From Thermodesulfobacteriota bacterium (GTDB lineage: Bacteria > Desulfobacterota_D > UBA1144 > Nemesobacterales > JAJCZQ01), in the NCBI GenBank assembly GCA_965215275.1, contig OZ244044.1, forward strand, positions 192,001 through 256,000: DNA of 64,000 bases. Reading direction: 5' to 3'. The notes beneath the pieces were generated by a model. The model was not told the origin of the DNA. It saw only the letters and a program-made list of their open reading frames with translations, and made no database searches. Shown here in pieces: positions 30,954 to 43,500 of the stretch. The first letter of the stretch is position 1. Each line of letters starts with the position of its first letter. Position numbers and translations under genes: made by a program.

Positions 30954-31121
30954 TATTAACCTCCATACTGCTGTAAAAATTAAAAATTTATCATATCATA
31001 ACTACGGAGTTATTAAATCTATGATTTTATATTAAGGTAACAGCTGTTTTTCCATCAGTAATATTGACTTATTTTTTTTAAGTTGAAAAATTACACCCTA
31101 AATCAAGACGGAGGAAAGTAA

Positions 31122-31535
31122 TTGGAAAGAACTTTATCTATTATAAAGCCGGACGGTACGGCTAAAAACGTCATAGGGGAAGTCATTACACGCTACGAAA
31201 AAAAAGGTCTCACGGTCGCTGCACTTAAAATGATAAAAATGTCCAAAGGCCAGGCGGAAGGTTTTTACCACGTACATAGAGAAAGACCGTTCTTTGAAAG
31301 CCTGACCAGGTTCATGTCATCCGGGACTGCAGTTGTCATGGTTATAGAAGGGGAAGATGCAATATCAAAAGTGAGAGAGATTATGGGTGCGACCAACCCT
31401 GAAGACGCAGCAGAAGGAACTATCAGAAAAGATTTTGCCTCCGACATTGAGCAAAACACGGTACATGGTTCGGATTCACCTGAGTCGGCCGAATATGAAA
31501 TAAGCTACTTTTTTAACTCTCTTGAAATGTTTTAA
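31122..31535 (+). CDS. ndk: Nucleoside diphosphate kinase
   Basis: [23 protein letters not shown] start after GGAGG. Confidence 0.97.
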   Translation: MERTLSIIKPDGTAKNVIGEVITRYEKKGLTVAALKMIKMSKGQAEGFYHVHRERPFFESLTRFMSSGTAVVMVIEGEDAISKVREIMGATNPEDAAEGTIRKDFASDIEQNTVHGSDSPESAEYEISYFFNSLEMF

Positions 31536-31712
31536 GTACCGAAGTTTGTCAAACCAGCTTAGACGGTAATATGACTCTGCGTTCAGTGAAACACTTTAGA
31601 TAACATTTAACTGTCATTGAAGATATCAGGGCAGGAGTTAAAAGTGCGGTTGAGTGATCAAGGGAGACCAGAGTTAATTCAGGGATTGTAAGCAGCTGTT
31701 TTGTAAAATATA

Positions 31713-32996
31713 TTAACTTCCAACCACCTGCTCACCTGTTATACCCATGACCTTGATATTGATCTCCTTACCCGTATCATATTTACCGTAAGGAAGTTTA
31801 ACGTTAATATAGTTGTCGGTTGTTCCCCTTGATCTGCTTTCCACTAAGGTTTTTAACTCTTTTCCAATAAAACTTCTGTAAAATCCGATCTTCTTCCTTA
31901 AGCCCAGGTCCCTCAGGACCTTGCTCCTTGCTTTTTTTATCTCCGGCTCTATCTGCCCTTGCATTGAAGCGGCAGCGGTCTTTTTTCTGATCGAATATGG
32001 GAACACGTGAAAATAGGTCAGTTCTGACCCGCTGACCAAATTATAAGTGCTTTGGAAGCATTGTTCGCTTTCTCCAGGAAAGCCGACCATCACGTCAGTA
32101 CCGATGGAGGCATCGGGGATCTTATCCCGTATGTAGTCCGTGCAGTTGATAAAATCCTGTGGCTTGTAGCGCCTTTTCATTTTTTTTAAAATACTTTCAT
32201 CTCCACTCTGAAGTGATATATGAAAACTTGGACAGATTATCCTGGATTCCGCACAGAGGTCTATCACATCTTCGTTCATATCCGCAGGATCAAGTGAACT
32301 CAGTCTTATTCTCTCAATGATGGCTTCCCTGCTCAATTCGTCCAGGAGCCTTAAAAGACTGGTTCCGATGTCCCTGCCGTAACTGGCAAGGTGAATACCC
32401 GTCAGCACGACCTCTTTATATCCGTTGGATCTCAGGTTTCTGATCCTGTCCTTTATATCTTCTATGCTCAGGCTCCGGGACCTGCCCCTTGCTCTTGGAA
32501 TGATACAGAAGGTGCAGGCATAGTTACATCCGTCCTGAACTTTTAAGAACGCTCTGGTCCTGTTGGGGAAATAATCTATATCCGGCGTGTCGAACTTTCT
32601 ATTCTTCTCCTTGAATATGTCCGATACATATATTTTTGGGGTGCTTTGCGGAACCGCGTCTTTTATGATCTTTAAAAGAGACGATGCCTTGTGGGAGTTC
32701 CCAATTATATAATCAACACCATCCACTTTATTGAGTTCTTCATGGGAAACCTGTGCATAACATCCGGTAACGACCACAACGGCGTCAGGGTTGGACCTTT
32801 TTGCTCTGTATATATAGTTTCTTGCCTCTGAATCGGCTTTATGGGTTACCGTACAGGTATCTATTAAATAAATATCAGCAGGGTCGTTAAAATCACCATT
32901 TCTCTGATACTTGCTTTTTGGAAGTTCATTTAAAAGAACGGCAGTATCGTACTGGTTTACCTTACATCCGAGAGTAACAACGGAAATTCTCTTCAT
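31713..32996 (-). CDS. mtaB: tRNA t6A37 methylthiotransferase
   Basis: TLGCKVNQYD, radical SAM CNYACTFC, FPYS. Confidence 0.93.
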   Translation of the reverse strand: MKRISVVTLGCKVNQYDTAVLLNELPKSKYQRNGDFNDPADIYLIDTCTVTHKADSEARNYIYRAKRSNPDAVVVVTGCYAQVSHEELNKVDGVDYIIGNSHKASSLLKIIKDAVPQSTPKIYVSDIFKEKNRKFDTPDIDYFPNRTRAFLKVQDGCNYACTFCIIPRARGRSRSLSIEDIKDRIRNLRSNGYKEVVLTGIHLASYGRDIGTSLLRLLDELSREAIIERIRLSSLDPADMNEDVIDLCAESRIICPSFHISLQSGDESILKKMKRRYKPQDFINCTDYIRDKIPDASIGTDVMVGFPGESEQCFQSTYNLVSGSELTYFHVFPYSIRKKTAAASMQGQIEPEIKKARSKVLRDLGLRKKIGFYRSFIGKELKTLVESRSRGTTDNYINVKLPYGKYDTGKEINIKVMGITGEQVVGS

Positions 32997-32999
32997 ATC

Positions 33000-34070
33000 T
33001 TACAATGCCTCTTTGATCCAGCCACCGCCCAGTACTTTATTTTCCTGATAAAAGACCACCGCCTGACCTGGCGTTACCGCTTTCTGAGGGTTTTGAAACT
33101 TCACTGATGCTTTTCCTTTACGTACAGAGATCACTGCAGGTTCTTCATCATGTCTGTACCTTATCTTGGCTTTTACTTCGGTCTCTCCTTTTGGGGGTTT
33201 TGCAACCCACGACAGATCATCGGCGGTCAGAGAACTGCTGTACAGGTCGGATTCTTCACCTACGATAACCCTGTTGTTCTCCGCGTCGATCTTAACGATA
33301 TACATAGGCTTTCCATTTGCAAAGCCTAACCCTCTTCTTTGACCGACCGTATAAGAATAGATCCCGTTATGCTCCCCTACCGTTTTGCCTGCCGTATCGA
33401 CCATTTCGCCCTTCTCTTTTCCTCTTTTAAGATAAGGTTCCAGGAACTCTCTGTAACTTCCGCCGGTTATAAAACACACGCCCATACTTTCCGGCTTTTC
33501 AGCAACTTTCAGTCCCATTTTTCTTGCCAGCTTCCTGACCTCCGGCTTTGTTTTGTTTCCAAGGGGAAATCTGATCCTGCCAAGCTCTTTTTGTGTCAGA
33601 GTAAATAAAAAATACGACTGGTCCTTAAGTTTATCGGCACCTTTTTTCAGCTCGTATTCGCCACTTCTTTCATTCTGTTCAACAACTGCATAGTGACCCG
33701 TTGCCAGGAAATCCGCACCGAATTCCAGAGATCTTCTCAGTAAAAAATCAAACTTCATGAACTGATTGCATAAAATGCAGGGTATAGGAGTAAGCCCTTC
33801 TTCGTATTTATTTATAAAATCGCTTACAACGTGTTCTTTAAACGGTTCCATGTAGTTTGCAACGTAATGGGGAACGCCTGCTTCATATGCAACCCTTCTT
33901 GCATCACAGACCTCGTCAGCTGAGCAGCATCCACCTTCTGCCTCGCCGTAGTCCCAGAGCTGCATGGTCAATCCCACAACGTCATGACCCTGGTCTTTGA
34001 GCAAAGCCGCAACGGTCCCGCTGTCAACTCCCCCGCTCATTGCCACTACTATTCTCTCTTTTTTACCCAT
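33000..34070 (-). CDS. mnmA: tRNA 2-thiouridylase
   Basis: AMSGGVDS, ATGHYA, KDQSYFL, TVGQRRG, PGQ. Confidence 0.97.
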   Translation of the reverse strand: MGKKERIVVAMSGGVDSGTVAALLKDQGHDVVGLTMQLWDYGEAEGGCCSADEVCDARRVAYEAGVPHYVANYMEPFKEHVVSDFINKYEEGLTPIPCILCNQFMKFDFLLRRSLEFGADFLATGHYAVVEQNERSGEYELKKGADKLKDQSYFLFTLTQKELGRIRFPLGNKTKPEVRKLARKMGLKVAEKPESMGVCFITGGSYREFLEPYLKRGKEKGEMVDTAGKTVGEHNGIYSYTVGQRRGLGFANGKPMYIVKIDAENNRVIVGEESDLYSSSLTADDLSWVAKPPKGETEVKAKIRYRHDEEPAVISVRKGKASVKFQNPQKAVTPGQAVVFYQENKVLGGGWIKEAL

Positions 34071-34185
34071 TTTTCTACCTGATAATACTGCCTATAAACT
34101 TAATTGATCTTTCTGATAAATAAAGAGTTTTAAACAGTTATAAATGGACTGCAAAGATAACTCTTCACAGTTATAATATCACCCT

Positions 34186-36405
34186 ATGGAAAAAAACTCC
34201 CATTTGAAATTCGCACTGGACCACGGATTGTCCGAGCAGGAGTATGGGATCATAGTGAGCACACTGGGTCGCCGACCCAACCATACTGAGATCGGGATAC
34301 TGGGTGCGATGTGGTCGGAGCACTGCTCGTATAAAAGCTCTAAAGTCCATCTGAGAAAACTTCCCACAACGGGAGATCAGGTAATACAGGGACCGGGAGA
34401 AAATGCCGGGGTCGTTGATCTTGGAGACGGACTGTGTGCAGTATTTAAAATGGAAAGCCATAACCATCCGTCCTATCTTGAACCATATCAGGGAGCTGCA
34501 ACTGGAGTAGGAGGGATAATCCGTGATATCTTTACAATGGGTGCAAGACCCGTGGCATTACTGGATTCATTGAGATTTGGCGACCTTGACCTGTATAAGA
34601 CGAAATACCTTGTCAATGGAGTGGTTTCCGGAATATCGGACTACGGGAACTGTATAGGTATACCAACAGTGGGAGGAGAGATATATTTTGACAGCTGCTA
34701 CAACGGCAATCCACTGGTCAATGTGTTCTGTCTGGGAATAGCAGAAAAGAACAGGATATTCAAGGGCTGTGCATCTGGTACTGGTAACCCGGTCATTTAC
34801 ATAGGATCAAAGACCGGAAGGGACGGGATACAAGGTGCGATCATGGCGTCTGATAACTTCTCCGACGGATCAGAACAAAAACGCCCAGCCGTTCAGGTTG
34901 GAGACCCTTTTACTGAAAAGCTCCTGCTTGAAGCGTGCCTGGAACTGTTTAAGACCGACTGTGTCGTTGGCATTCAGGATATGGGTGCCGCAGGGTTGAC
35001 CTCATCATCGGCCGAAATGGCAAGCAGAGGTAAAACGGGGATCGACATATGGATGGATAAAGTACCAAGACGCGAGGAGAACATGACGCCTTACGAGTTG
35101 ATGCTTTCTGAATCTCAGGAAAGGATGCTCGTGGTACTGAAGAAAAACAAGGAGCATATTGCAAAGTCCATATTTAAAAAATGGGAGCTGGATTTCTCCG
35201 TTATAGGCGTGGTCACGAATACAGAACGTTTAAGGTTATACGATGAAGATAAGCTCGTTGCCGACCTGCCTGTGGACTTAATTACGGACTCTGCCCCTGA
35301 ATACAACAGGGACATTAAAGCACCTGAGGGTAATAATGAGACCGCAGACCTGAAAAATATTGAAATTCCGGATATAAAGACGGCGTTTTTAAAGGTTCTG
35401 GGTCTTCCTACCGTTGCGAACAAAAGGTATGTATATGAACAGTATGACTATATGGTCGGAACTGACACCCTGTATGAACCTGTAAACGATTCAGCCGTGA
35501 TAAGGATCAAAGGTTCGGACAAAGCCGTCGCAATGACCCTGAACTGTAATTCCATATACTGCTATCTTTCTCCTGCTGAGGGTGCAAAGATCGCCGTTGC
35601 GGAATCGGCAAGGAACATTGCCTGCTCGGGAGCCAGACCCCTTGCGGTCACGGACTGCCTGAACTTCGGAAATCCTGAAAAACCTGAGATCATGTGGCAG
35701 TTCAGTGAGGCAGTAGAAGGGATCAGGGAGGCCTGTACAGAGCTGAACACCCCGGTCGTAAGCGGCAACGTGAGCTTCTACAATCAGACGGAGGATGAAC
35801 CCGTGTATCCGACCCCTACCATAGGCATGATAGGGGTTATAGATGATTACAGGAAAACGGTTACTCAGTGGTTCAGGAACGAAGGGGACGTGATCGTTCT
35901 GATGGGAGATACCTACCACGAGATGGAAGGTTCACAATATCAGAAGATCGTATATGGTAAAGTGTTTGGAAAACCACCAAAGATAGATCTGGTACGGGAA
36001 AAAAACCTGATCTCGGCCGTGACCGGGTCCATAGATGCAGGTATAATCAGTTCTGCACACGACGTGTCTGAAGGTGGACTGGCAGTTTCACTGGCAGAGT
36101 GCTGTTTTTCCCCGGAGGGACAGACCGGCTGCAAGGTCGACCTGCAGGACACGAACGGTCTAAGGTTGACGGATGAGTGTCTGCTTTTTTCCGAATCTCA
36201 GTCCAGGTGTATAGTATCGCTGAATAAAGTGAATATCGAAAAATTAATGGACATTGCCTCAAGGAACGATATTCCTGCCAGGCTGATAGGTATCGTTGGT
36301 GGTGACAATATAATTATTGAGGGTATTTTAACTCTGAACGTTCAACAGGTTCATAAAATATGGGATAATTCATTAGAGGCTAATATAAACGATGTCAATA
36401 CTTAA
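34186..36405 (+). CDS. purL: FGAM synthase subunit PurL (small type)
   Basis: [32 protein letters not shown]. Confidence 0.97.
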   Translation: MEKNSHLKFALDHGLSEQEYGIIVSTLGRRPNHTEIGILGAMWSEHCSYKSSKVHLRKLPTTGDQVIQGPGENAGVVDLGDGLCAVFKMESHNHPSYLEPYQGAATGVGGIIRDIFTMGARPVALLDSLRFGDLDLYKTKYLVNGVVSGISDYGNCIGIPTVGGEIYFDSCYNGNPLVNVFCLGIAEKNRIFKGCASGTGNPVIYIGSKTGRDGIQGAIMASDNFSDGSEQKRPAVQVGDPFTEKLLLEACLELFKTDCVVGIQDMGAAGLTSSSAEMASRGKTGIDIWMDKVPRREENMTPYELMLSESQERMLVVLKKNKEHIAKSIFKKWELDFSVIGVVTNTERLRLYDEDKLVADLPVDLITDSAPEYNRDIKAPEGNNETADLKNIEIPDIKTAFLKVLGLPTVANKRYVYEQYDYMVGTDTLYEPVNDSAVIRIKGSDKAVAMTLNCNSIYCYLSPAEGAKIAVAESARNIACSGARPLAVTDCLNFGNPEKPEIMWQFSEAVEGIREACTELNTPVVSGNVSFYNQTEDEPVYPTPTIGMIGVIDDYRKTVTQWFRNEGDVIVLMGDTYHEMEGSQYQKIVYGKVFGKPPKIDLVREKNLISAVTGSIDAGIISSAHDVSEGGLAVSLAECCFSPEGQTGCKVDLQDTNGLRLTDECLLFSESQSRCIVSLNKVNIEKLMDIASRNDIPARLIGIVGGDNIIIEGILTLNVQQVHKIWDNSLEANINDVNT

Positions 36406-37819
36406 AGAAGAATGCGGGATATTTGGCATTTTCGGCAACCCTGAAGCGGCAAATCTTACCTATCTGGGACTGTATTCATTACAGCACAGAGGCCAGGAAA
36501 GTGCGGGGATCGTAACTGCCGATGGATATAAACTGCACGTTCACAGAGCTATGGGACTTGTAACGGACGTATTTTCTGAAGGTGTTATAAACAAAAAGCT
36601 CAGCGGGAAAAGTGCAATTGGTCACGTCAGGTACTCTACTTCCGGATCAAGTGACAATAAAAATACCCAGCCGATAACCGTGGTCTATGAAAAAGGAGAA
36701 CTTGCGATATCTCACAACGGCAATCTCACTAACGCAAGAATGCTCAGGCAGGACCTTGAAAAGCAAGGGTCGATCTTTCAGTCCACTACGGATACGGAGG
36801 TTATAACGCATCTTATTGCCAAGTCCGAAGAGGAAGAGGTGGTCAATCGTATAATCTGTGCCTTAAATCAATGCAAAGGTGCGTATTCACTGCTGTTCCT
36901 TACCCATGATAAACTGCTTGCCGCAAGGGACCCGAGGGGGTTCAGACCCCTTGTACTCGGGAAGCTGAACAAAAACTACGTTATTTCATCAGAAACGTGT
37001 GCATTTGAGCTGATCGGGGCTGAGTACGTAAGGGAGGTGGAACCCGGTGAAATAATAGAGATCGATGAAAGCGGACTTACTTCCCACAAACCCTTTCCTA
37101 AAGTGGAACCTGCTCCATGTGTTTTTGAACTGATATACTTTGCACGACCCGACAGCTTTTTTAACGATAAGAACGTATACATGGTAAGAAAGGAACTTGG
37201 CAGGCAGCTGGCAATTGAGCATCCTGCCGATGCAGATATAGTCATTGCCGTCCCGGATTCAGGTATGCCTGCTGCGATCGGATTTGCCGAAAAACTCAAT
37301 ATTCCGATAGATATGGGATTTCTGAGAAGTCACTATGTCGGACGAACCTTTATTGAACCTCAGCAGTCAATAAGGGATTTTGGGGTAAAACTGAAACTTA
37401 ATGCAATAAAGGAAGTGATAAAGGACAAAAGGGTCGTAGTGGTCGATGATTCGATCGTACGAGGGACCACCAGCAGAAAGATCGTAAAGATGATAAAGGA
37501 CGCAGGTGCCACGGAGGTACATATGAGAATAAGTTCCCCTCCTATGAAGCATCCGTGTTATTATGGTATTGATACGCCTTTAAAGGACGACCTGATCGCA
37601 AATTCACTTACCATTGAAGAGACAAATCATTATATAACCTCTGATTCGCTTGGCTATCTGAGTATCGATGGAGTACAGAAAGCGGTTGACAACTATAACA
37701 GAAGCCAGAAAAAGGGATCTTACTGTAAAGCCTGCTTTACGGGTGAATACTTAGCGGAACTGACCGATATTAAAATGAACCTGGACCAGCTCGACCTGTT
37801 TTCCAAGCGGGTCGGTTAA
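36392..37819 (+). CDS. purF: Amidophosphoribosyltransferase
   Basis: EECGIFG propeptide/Cys1, [21 protein letters not shown]. Confidence 0.97.
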   Translation: MSILKEECGIFGIFGNPEAANLTYLGLYSLQHRGQESAGIVTADGYKLHVHRAMGLVTDVFSEGVINKKLSGKSAIGHVRYSTSGSSDNKNTQPITVVYEKGELAISHNGNLTNARMLRQDLEKQGSIFQSTTDTEVITHLIAKSEEEEVVNRIICALNQCKGAYSLLFLTHDKLLAARDPRGFRPLVLGKLNKNYVISSETCAFELIGAEYVREVEPGEIIEIDESGLTSHKPFPKVEPAPCVFELIYFARPDSFFNDKNVYMVRKELGRQLAIEHPADADIVIAVPDSGMPAAIGFAEKLNIPIDMGFLRSHYVGRTFIEPQQSIRDFGVKLKLNAIKEVIKDKRVVVVDDSIVRGTTSRKIVKMIKDAGATEVHMRISSPPMKHPCYYGIDTPLKDDLIANSLTIEETNHYITSDSLGYLSIDGVQKAVDNYNRSQKKGSYCKACFTGEYLAELTDIKMNLDQLDLFSKRVG

Positions 37820-40497
37820 TTGATCTTTTCAAGGTTTTCCAGGGCACTTTCGATCTTATAGATCTGAAAAGCATATTCATCTACCTTGTTCTTTTCCTTT
37901 TCTATAACGTCTTCAGGAGCTTTTTTTAAAAACTCCCCGTTCTTCAGTTTTTTAGATGCCTTGTCAATGCTGACGTTCAGCTTTTCCAAGCTCTTTCTAA
38001 GCCTCTTTATCTCTTCCTCTACGTCTATTGAACCATCAACGGAGAGATATATCTCCGTGCCAGGTATAACTGCCCTGATCATTCTTTTTACTTCTTCATC
38101 AGCTTTTATGAACTTATGATCGCTCACTTTGGCCTGACTGCAGATAACCTCGGCGTTGAGGCTTATTATCTCTTTTATACTATCGTTACCGGGATGGAAC
38201 TTTATCGTTACCTGACTGGAGGGATGCAGACCTGTATTAGCTCTCATGTTCCTTATACACACGACTATGTCCTTTACGTACTCGATCTCTTCATGCTCCT
38301 TTTCAAAGACGTACTTATCCGAGTATTCAGGGTAGCTGTCAAGCAGAACGCTGTCTTTGCCGGTTGGGGTTATATTATAGCTTTTTAATATCTGATACAG
38401 CTCTTCTGTAACAAATGGAGAGATCGGATGAAGCAGCTTGATGGAATCGTACAGGACCTTTAACAGTACCGCCTGGGTATTTTCCTTTTTTTCCGGATCA
38501 TCACCATAGAGATACTGTTTGGAGAACTCAATATACCAGTCACAGTAGTCGTTCCATATAAAATGATAGATCGTATGAGCGACCTTGTCGTACTCATGAC
38601 CTGAATAATACGATCGAACTTCTTTCACGGCACCGTTAAGTCTGGACAAGATCCATTTATCTGTGGTCTTAAGTAAGGCCGGGTCTACGTTGATATCGTA
38701 TGACCGCTTAACATCAAGGTTCAGCGTTACAAATCTGAAGGCGTTCCATATCTTGTTCATAAAGTTCCTGTACCCTTCTATAACTGGAAGCGCGAGATTT
38801 ATATCGTTACCCTGTGAAGCCAGGGCAGTAAGGCTGAACCTGATGGAATCCGCACCGTACTTGTCTATCACCTGCAGGGGATCTATTGCGTTGCCTTTGG
38901 TCTTGCTCATCTTTTGTCCGGTCTCATCTCTAATCAGTCCATGGATGTACACGTCCCTGAAGGGGACCTTCTTCGTGAACTTCAGACCCATCATTATCAT
39001 TCTTGCCACCCAGAAGAATATGATGTCGAATCCCGTTACCAGACATGAAGTCGGGTAGTATTTTTTAAGGTCGTCCGTGCTTTCCGGCCATCCCAGCGTT
39101 GAGAACGGCCATAATCCGGAAGAAAACCACGTGTCCAGAACGTCTTCGTCCCTTTCCAGTTCAACTTTTTTACCGTAGTGAACTCTGGCTGATGCCACCG
39201 CCTCCTCTTCAGTACGTTCCACGAATATCTTTCCATCAGGTCCATACCACGCGGGTATCCTGTGTCCCCACCATAACTGTCTTGATATGCACCATGGTTC
39301 GATATTTCTCATCCATTCAAAGTAGGTATTCTCCCAGTATTTGGGATAGAACCTTATCTCGTTGTTCTCAACTGCTTTAATGGCACGTGAGGCCATTTCC
39401 TTGGTATCCACGTACCACTGATCGGTAAGCCAGGGTTCTATCGCAACTTCTGACCTGTCTCCGTACGGAACTGTATGAACTGTATTTTCAACTTTAGCTA
39501 TTAATTGTAACTTATTTAAATCCTTTACTATTTCTTCTCTGGCTTTATATCTGCTCAATCCGATGTATTTAGCAGGAACGTTACTGTTCAATCTTGCTTC
39601 GTGATCAAGGATATTTATCATCTCCAGATCGTGCCTTTTACCCACTTCAAAGTCGTTAAAGTCATGAGCCGGAGTGATCTTAACGGCCCCACTGCCCTTT
39701 TTCGGGTCACTGTACTCGTCTGCAATTATCGGGATCTTTCTGTTGACGATGGGCAGTATCGCCTGTTTTCCTACCAGGTCCTTGTATCTTTCGTCATCTG
39801 GATGCACGGCTACAGCGGTGTCTCCGAGCATGGTCTCAGGTCTTGTGGTGGCTACAGTCAAATAACGGTCTTTCTCACCTTCCAGAGGGTATTTTATGTA
39901 CCAGTAACTCCCCTTCTCTTCCAGTTGCTGAACTTCCAGGTCGGATATTGCCGTGCATAACTTCGGGTCCCAGTTTACAAGCCTTTTATCCTTGTAGATA
40001 AGTCCTTCATTATACAGGTCGACGAAAGCTTTTATCACTGAACCGGACAGTCCTGCGTCAAGGGTAAACCTTTCCCTGTTCCAATCGGGTAATGCACCGA
40101 GTTTTTTCAGCTGATTTATTATCTGTCCGCCGGAATTTTCCTTCCATTGCCATACTTTTTCTACAAATCGCTCACGACCTAAAGACCTTCTGTCTGTTTT
40201 TTCCTTACCTAACTCCCTTTCCACCACCATTTGCGTGGCAATTCCCGCGTGGTCCATGCCCGGAACCCAGAGAACGTCAAATCCAGACATTCTCTTGTAT
40301 CTGACGATCATATCCTGAAGAGTATTGTTAAGTGCGTGTCCTATATGAAGTGAACCGGTTATGTTCGGGGGAGGGATTACTATGGAAAAAGGCTCTTTAT
40401 CGCCCTGGGGATCGGATCTGTAATACCCATTGTCCATCCACAGGCTATAGTTCTTATCCTCTATTGCTGCAGGATCATAGCTTTTTTCCATTTCCAT
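37816..40497 (-). CDS. valS: Valine--tRNA ligase
   Basis: PPPNITGSLHIGH, WCISRQLWWGH, KMSKT, C-terminal coiled coil. Confidence 0.98.
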   Translation of the reverse strand: MEMEKSYDPAAIEDKNYSLWMDNGYYRSDPQGDKEPFSIVIPPPNITGSLHIGHALNNTLQDMIVRYKRMSGFDVLWVPGMDHAGIATQMVVERELGKEKTDRRSLGRERFVEKVWQWKENSGGQIINQLKKLGALPDWNRERFTLDAGLSGSVIKAFVDLYNEGLIYKDKRLVNWDPKLCTAISDLEVQQLEEKGSYWYIKYPLEGEKDRYLTVATTRPETMLGDTAVAVHPDDERYKDLVGKQAILPIVNRKIPIIADEYSDPKKGSGAVKITPAHDFNDFEVGKRHDLEMINILDHEARLNSNVPAKYIGLSRYKAREEIVKDLNKLQLIAKVENTVHTVPYGDRSEVAIEPWLTDQWYVDTKEMASRAIKAVENNEIRFYPKYWENTYFEWMRNIEPWCISRQLWWGHRIPAWYGPDGKIFVERTEEEAVASARVHYGKKVELERDEDVLDTWFSSGLWPFSTLGWPESTDDLKKYYPTSCLVTGFDIIFFWVARMIMMGLKFTKKVPFRDVYIHGLIRDETGQKMSKTKGNAIDPLQVIDKYGADSIRFSLTALASQGNDINLALPVIEGYRNFMNKIWNAFRFVTLNLDVKRSYDINVDPALLKTTDKWILSRLNGAVKEVRSYYSGHEYDKVAHTIYHFIWNDYCDWYIEFSKQYLYGDDPEKKENTQAVLLKVLYDSIKLLHPISPFVTEELYQILKSYNITPTGKDSVLLDSYPEYSDKYVFEKEHEEIEYVKDIVVCIRNMRANTGLHPSSQVTIKFHPGNDSIKEIISLNAEVICSQAKVSDHKFIKADEEVKRMIRAVIPGTEIYLSVDGSIDVEEEIKRLRKSLEKLNVSIDKASKKLKNGEFLKKAPEDVIEKEKNKVDEYAFQIYKIESALENLEKIN

Positions 40498-40554
40498 TTC
40501 TGGATATCGCTATCCCGTTATATCCACATATCTGCTGATACGGGAATATAACGA

Positions 40555-43500
40555 TCAGTCAGGTCGTTCCGTTAGTTCCTCAGTCTCTTCAACGGTTGAG
40601 GTCGGTACCATTATTGCATCAAGATTGGTCTGGACCGAAATGTTCCTGTACATCGGTAAGCCGGTTCCAGCAGGAATAAGTCTGCCCATTATAACGTTTT
40701 CCTTGAGTCCTCTAAGCTTATCTTCCTTACCTTCACAGGCGGCTTCAGTAAGGACCCTGGTGGTTTCCTGAAAGGATGAAGCAGAAAGCCAGCTGTCCGT
40801 GCTTAAAGATGCTCTTGTTATACCAAGCAGCAGAGGTTCCGCGGATGCCGGAGTACCGTTATCAGCTATTACTCTCTCGTTCTCTTCAAAGAAAACATGC
40901 TTCTCGACCGCTTCGCCCACCAGCAAAGTTGTATCGCCCGGGTTTCTGACCCTTACGCGTCTGAGCATCTGTTTAACTATGACCTCCACGTGTTTATCGT
41001 TCAGTTTTACACCTTGAAGCCTGTATACGTCCTGGATCTCGTCCACGAGGTATCTTGCCAGTTCTTTCTCACCCTTGATGGTTAAAATATCGTGTGGGTT
41101 AATGGACCCGTCTACGAGCTGGTCCCCTGCTTTAACGGTCTCACCTTCCCTCATGAGTATGTGTTTATGTCTGGGAACCGCATACACTTTAGGTTCGCCA
41201 AGGTCAGGGGTTATAATAACGCGTCTTTTTCCTTTAACGTCCTCATAGGAAACCACTCCGTCTATTTCACTGACAACTGCAGGACCCTTTGGGATCCTTG
41301 CCTCGAACAGTTCCGCCACACGAGGTAATCCACCAGTTATATCTTTTGTTTTTGAAGTTGCCCCAAGTATTTTTGCTATAACGTCACCGGCCTTGATGCG
41401 GACACCTTCTTTTTTCATTTTATCATCTTTCATCACTACTTTCTCATCAATAATCGCTCCCACGGGAAGTGAGTATTGAACGCCCTGTGAGTATTGATCT
41501 TTCTTTTGAGAGCTTTTTTTAGTGGAAGTATCGTCAGGATAAACTATTAAAGTGGGATGGAGGGCCGTGTTCTTTGATTCACCAACTACCTTGTTGACTA
41601 TACCGGTAGCTTCATCGACCTGATCCACAAGGGTTCCTAAGTCCTCATGCAGATCCTTATATTCAACTTTTCCTGATACTTCTGCAATGAAAGGAGTTGT
41701 ATAGGGGTCCCATTCCGCAAGTAACGTTTTTTCCTTGACCTTACTGCCGTCTTCAACGTTAAGCTTTGCACCAAGGGAAAGTGGATACCTTTCACGTTCA
41801 TAGCCTTTCTTGTCAAAGACCGTTAAAGACCCTGTGCGATTGATCACGACCAGGTGATCATCTCTGTTCCTTACCGTTTTAACATTGTCGAATTTAATGG
41901 TCCCGGCGTGCTGGTTCTCTATTTTGCTTTCTGCAGTTCTCGCGCTTGCAGCACCTCCGATATGGAAAGTCCTCATTGTGAGCTGAGTACCCGGTTCACC
42001 AATTGACTGTGCTGCCACTATACCAACTGCTTCACCGATATTGACCAGTTTGCCCGTGGACAGGTTCCTGCCGTAGCATAGCCTGCATACGCCGATCTTT
42101 GTTTCACACGTCAGTACTGACCTTACCTTGATCTCTATTATGCTTCCTATTTCATCGATCTTATTTGCTGCTTCTTCATCTATTTCTTCGTTTTCCCTTA
42201 CTATGATCTCACCATCTATCGGGTTTCTGATCTCTTCGAGCACGACCCTCCCCAGAACTCTCTGCCCTACCCTTTCAATGACCTTACCACTGTCGACCAG
42301 ATCATGTACGTGTATACCCTCTGATGTCCCGCAGTCGTATTCATTTATCATAACGTCCTGTGCAACGTCTATTAATCTGCGGGTCAGGTAACCTGCATTG
42401 GCGGTTTTAAGAGCGGTATCCGCAAGCCCTTTTCTTGCACCGTGAGTGGATATGAAGTACTGCAGTACCGTTAACCCTTCTCTGAAATTGGACGTAATGG
42501 GGGTTTCGATTATCTCTCCCGATGGTTTTGCCATAAGCCCTCTCATACCGGCAAGCTGTCTGACCTGGGTCTGACTGCCACGTGCACCGGAATCGATCAT
42601 CATATATATGGGGTTGGAGCTTGAGCCCTTATTGATATTTCCCTTATCGTCCTTAACTTCCTCGTATGAGATCTTGTCCATCATCTTGTTTGCAATATCG
42701 TTGCTGGTCCTTGTCCATATATCTATTACTTTATTGTACCGTTCTCCGTCCGTGATTAATCCATCATAGTAATGTTCCTGTACTTTCTCTACTTCTTTGT
42801 GTGCATCTGAAAGCATTTCTTCTTTGAGTTCCGGGATCTCTATATCATGAATGGATATGGAAATGCCGGCTTTTGTCGAATACTTGAATCCGAGGGTCCT
42901 GAGCCTGTCGGTAAGGAGCACCGTTTCTTTTCCACCGGTCATCCTGAAGCAGGTATCAACGAGTTCTTCTGTGGCATGTTTTGTCATTACACGATTAACG
43001 AGCTCAAAAGGTATATTGTCCGGCGTTACCTCGTATAGGAGCACTCTGCCGACCGTTGTATCGTACAGTTTATCCTTGATCCTGATCTTGATCTTTGCGT
43101 GAATTCCGACCTCTCCCAGTTCATAGGCTATGGAAAGCTCTTCGATACTGGAAAAGACCTTGCCATGACCTTTATCATAGGCGGCGTCCCGTGTCATATA
43201 ATATATCCCGAGCACGATATCCTGCGTGGGTAAAACTATTGGTTTACCTGAAGCGGATGAAAGGATGTTGTTGCTTGACATTATAAGCGATCTGCACTCC
43301 GTCTGTGCTTCAACCGAAAGAGGTACATGCACTGCCATCTGGTCACCGTCAAAATCAGCGTTATACGCCGGACATACCAGTGGATGGACCTGGATCGCCT
43401 TATCTTCTATAAGTATCGGTTCAAATGCCTGTATGCTCAGCCGGTGAAGGGTTGGAGCACGGTTCAGCAGCACGGGATGTTCTTTAATGACCTCATCCAG

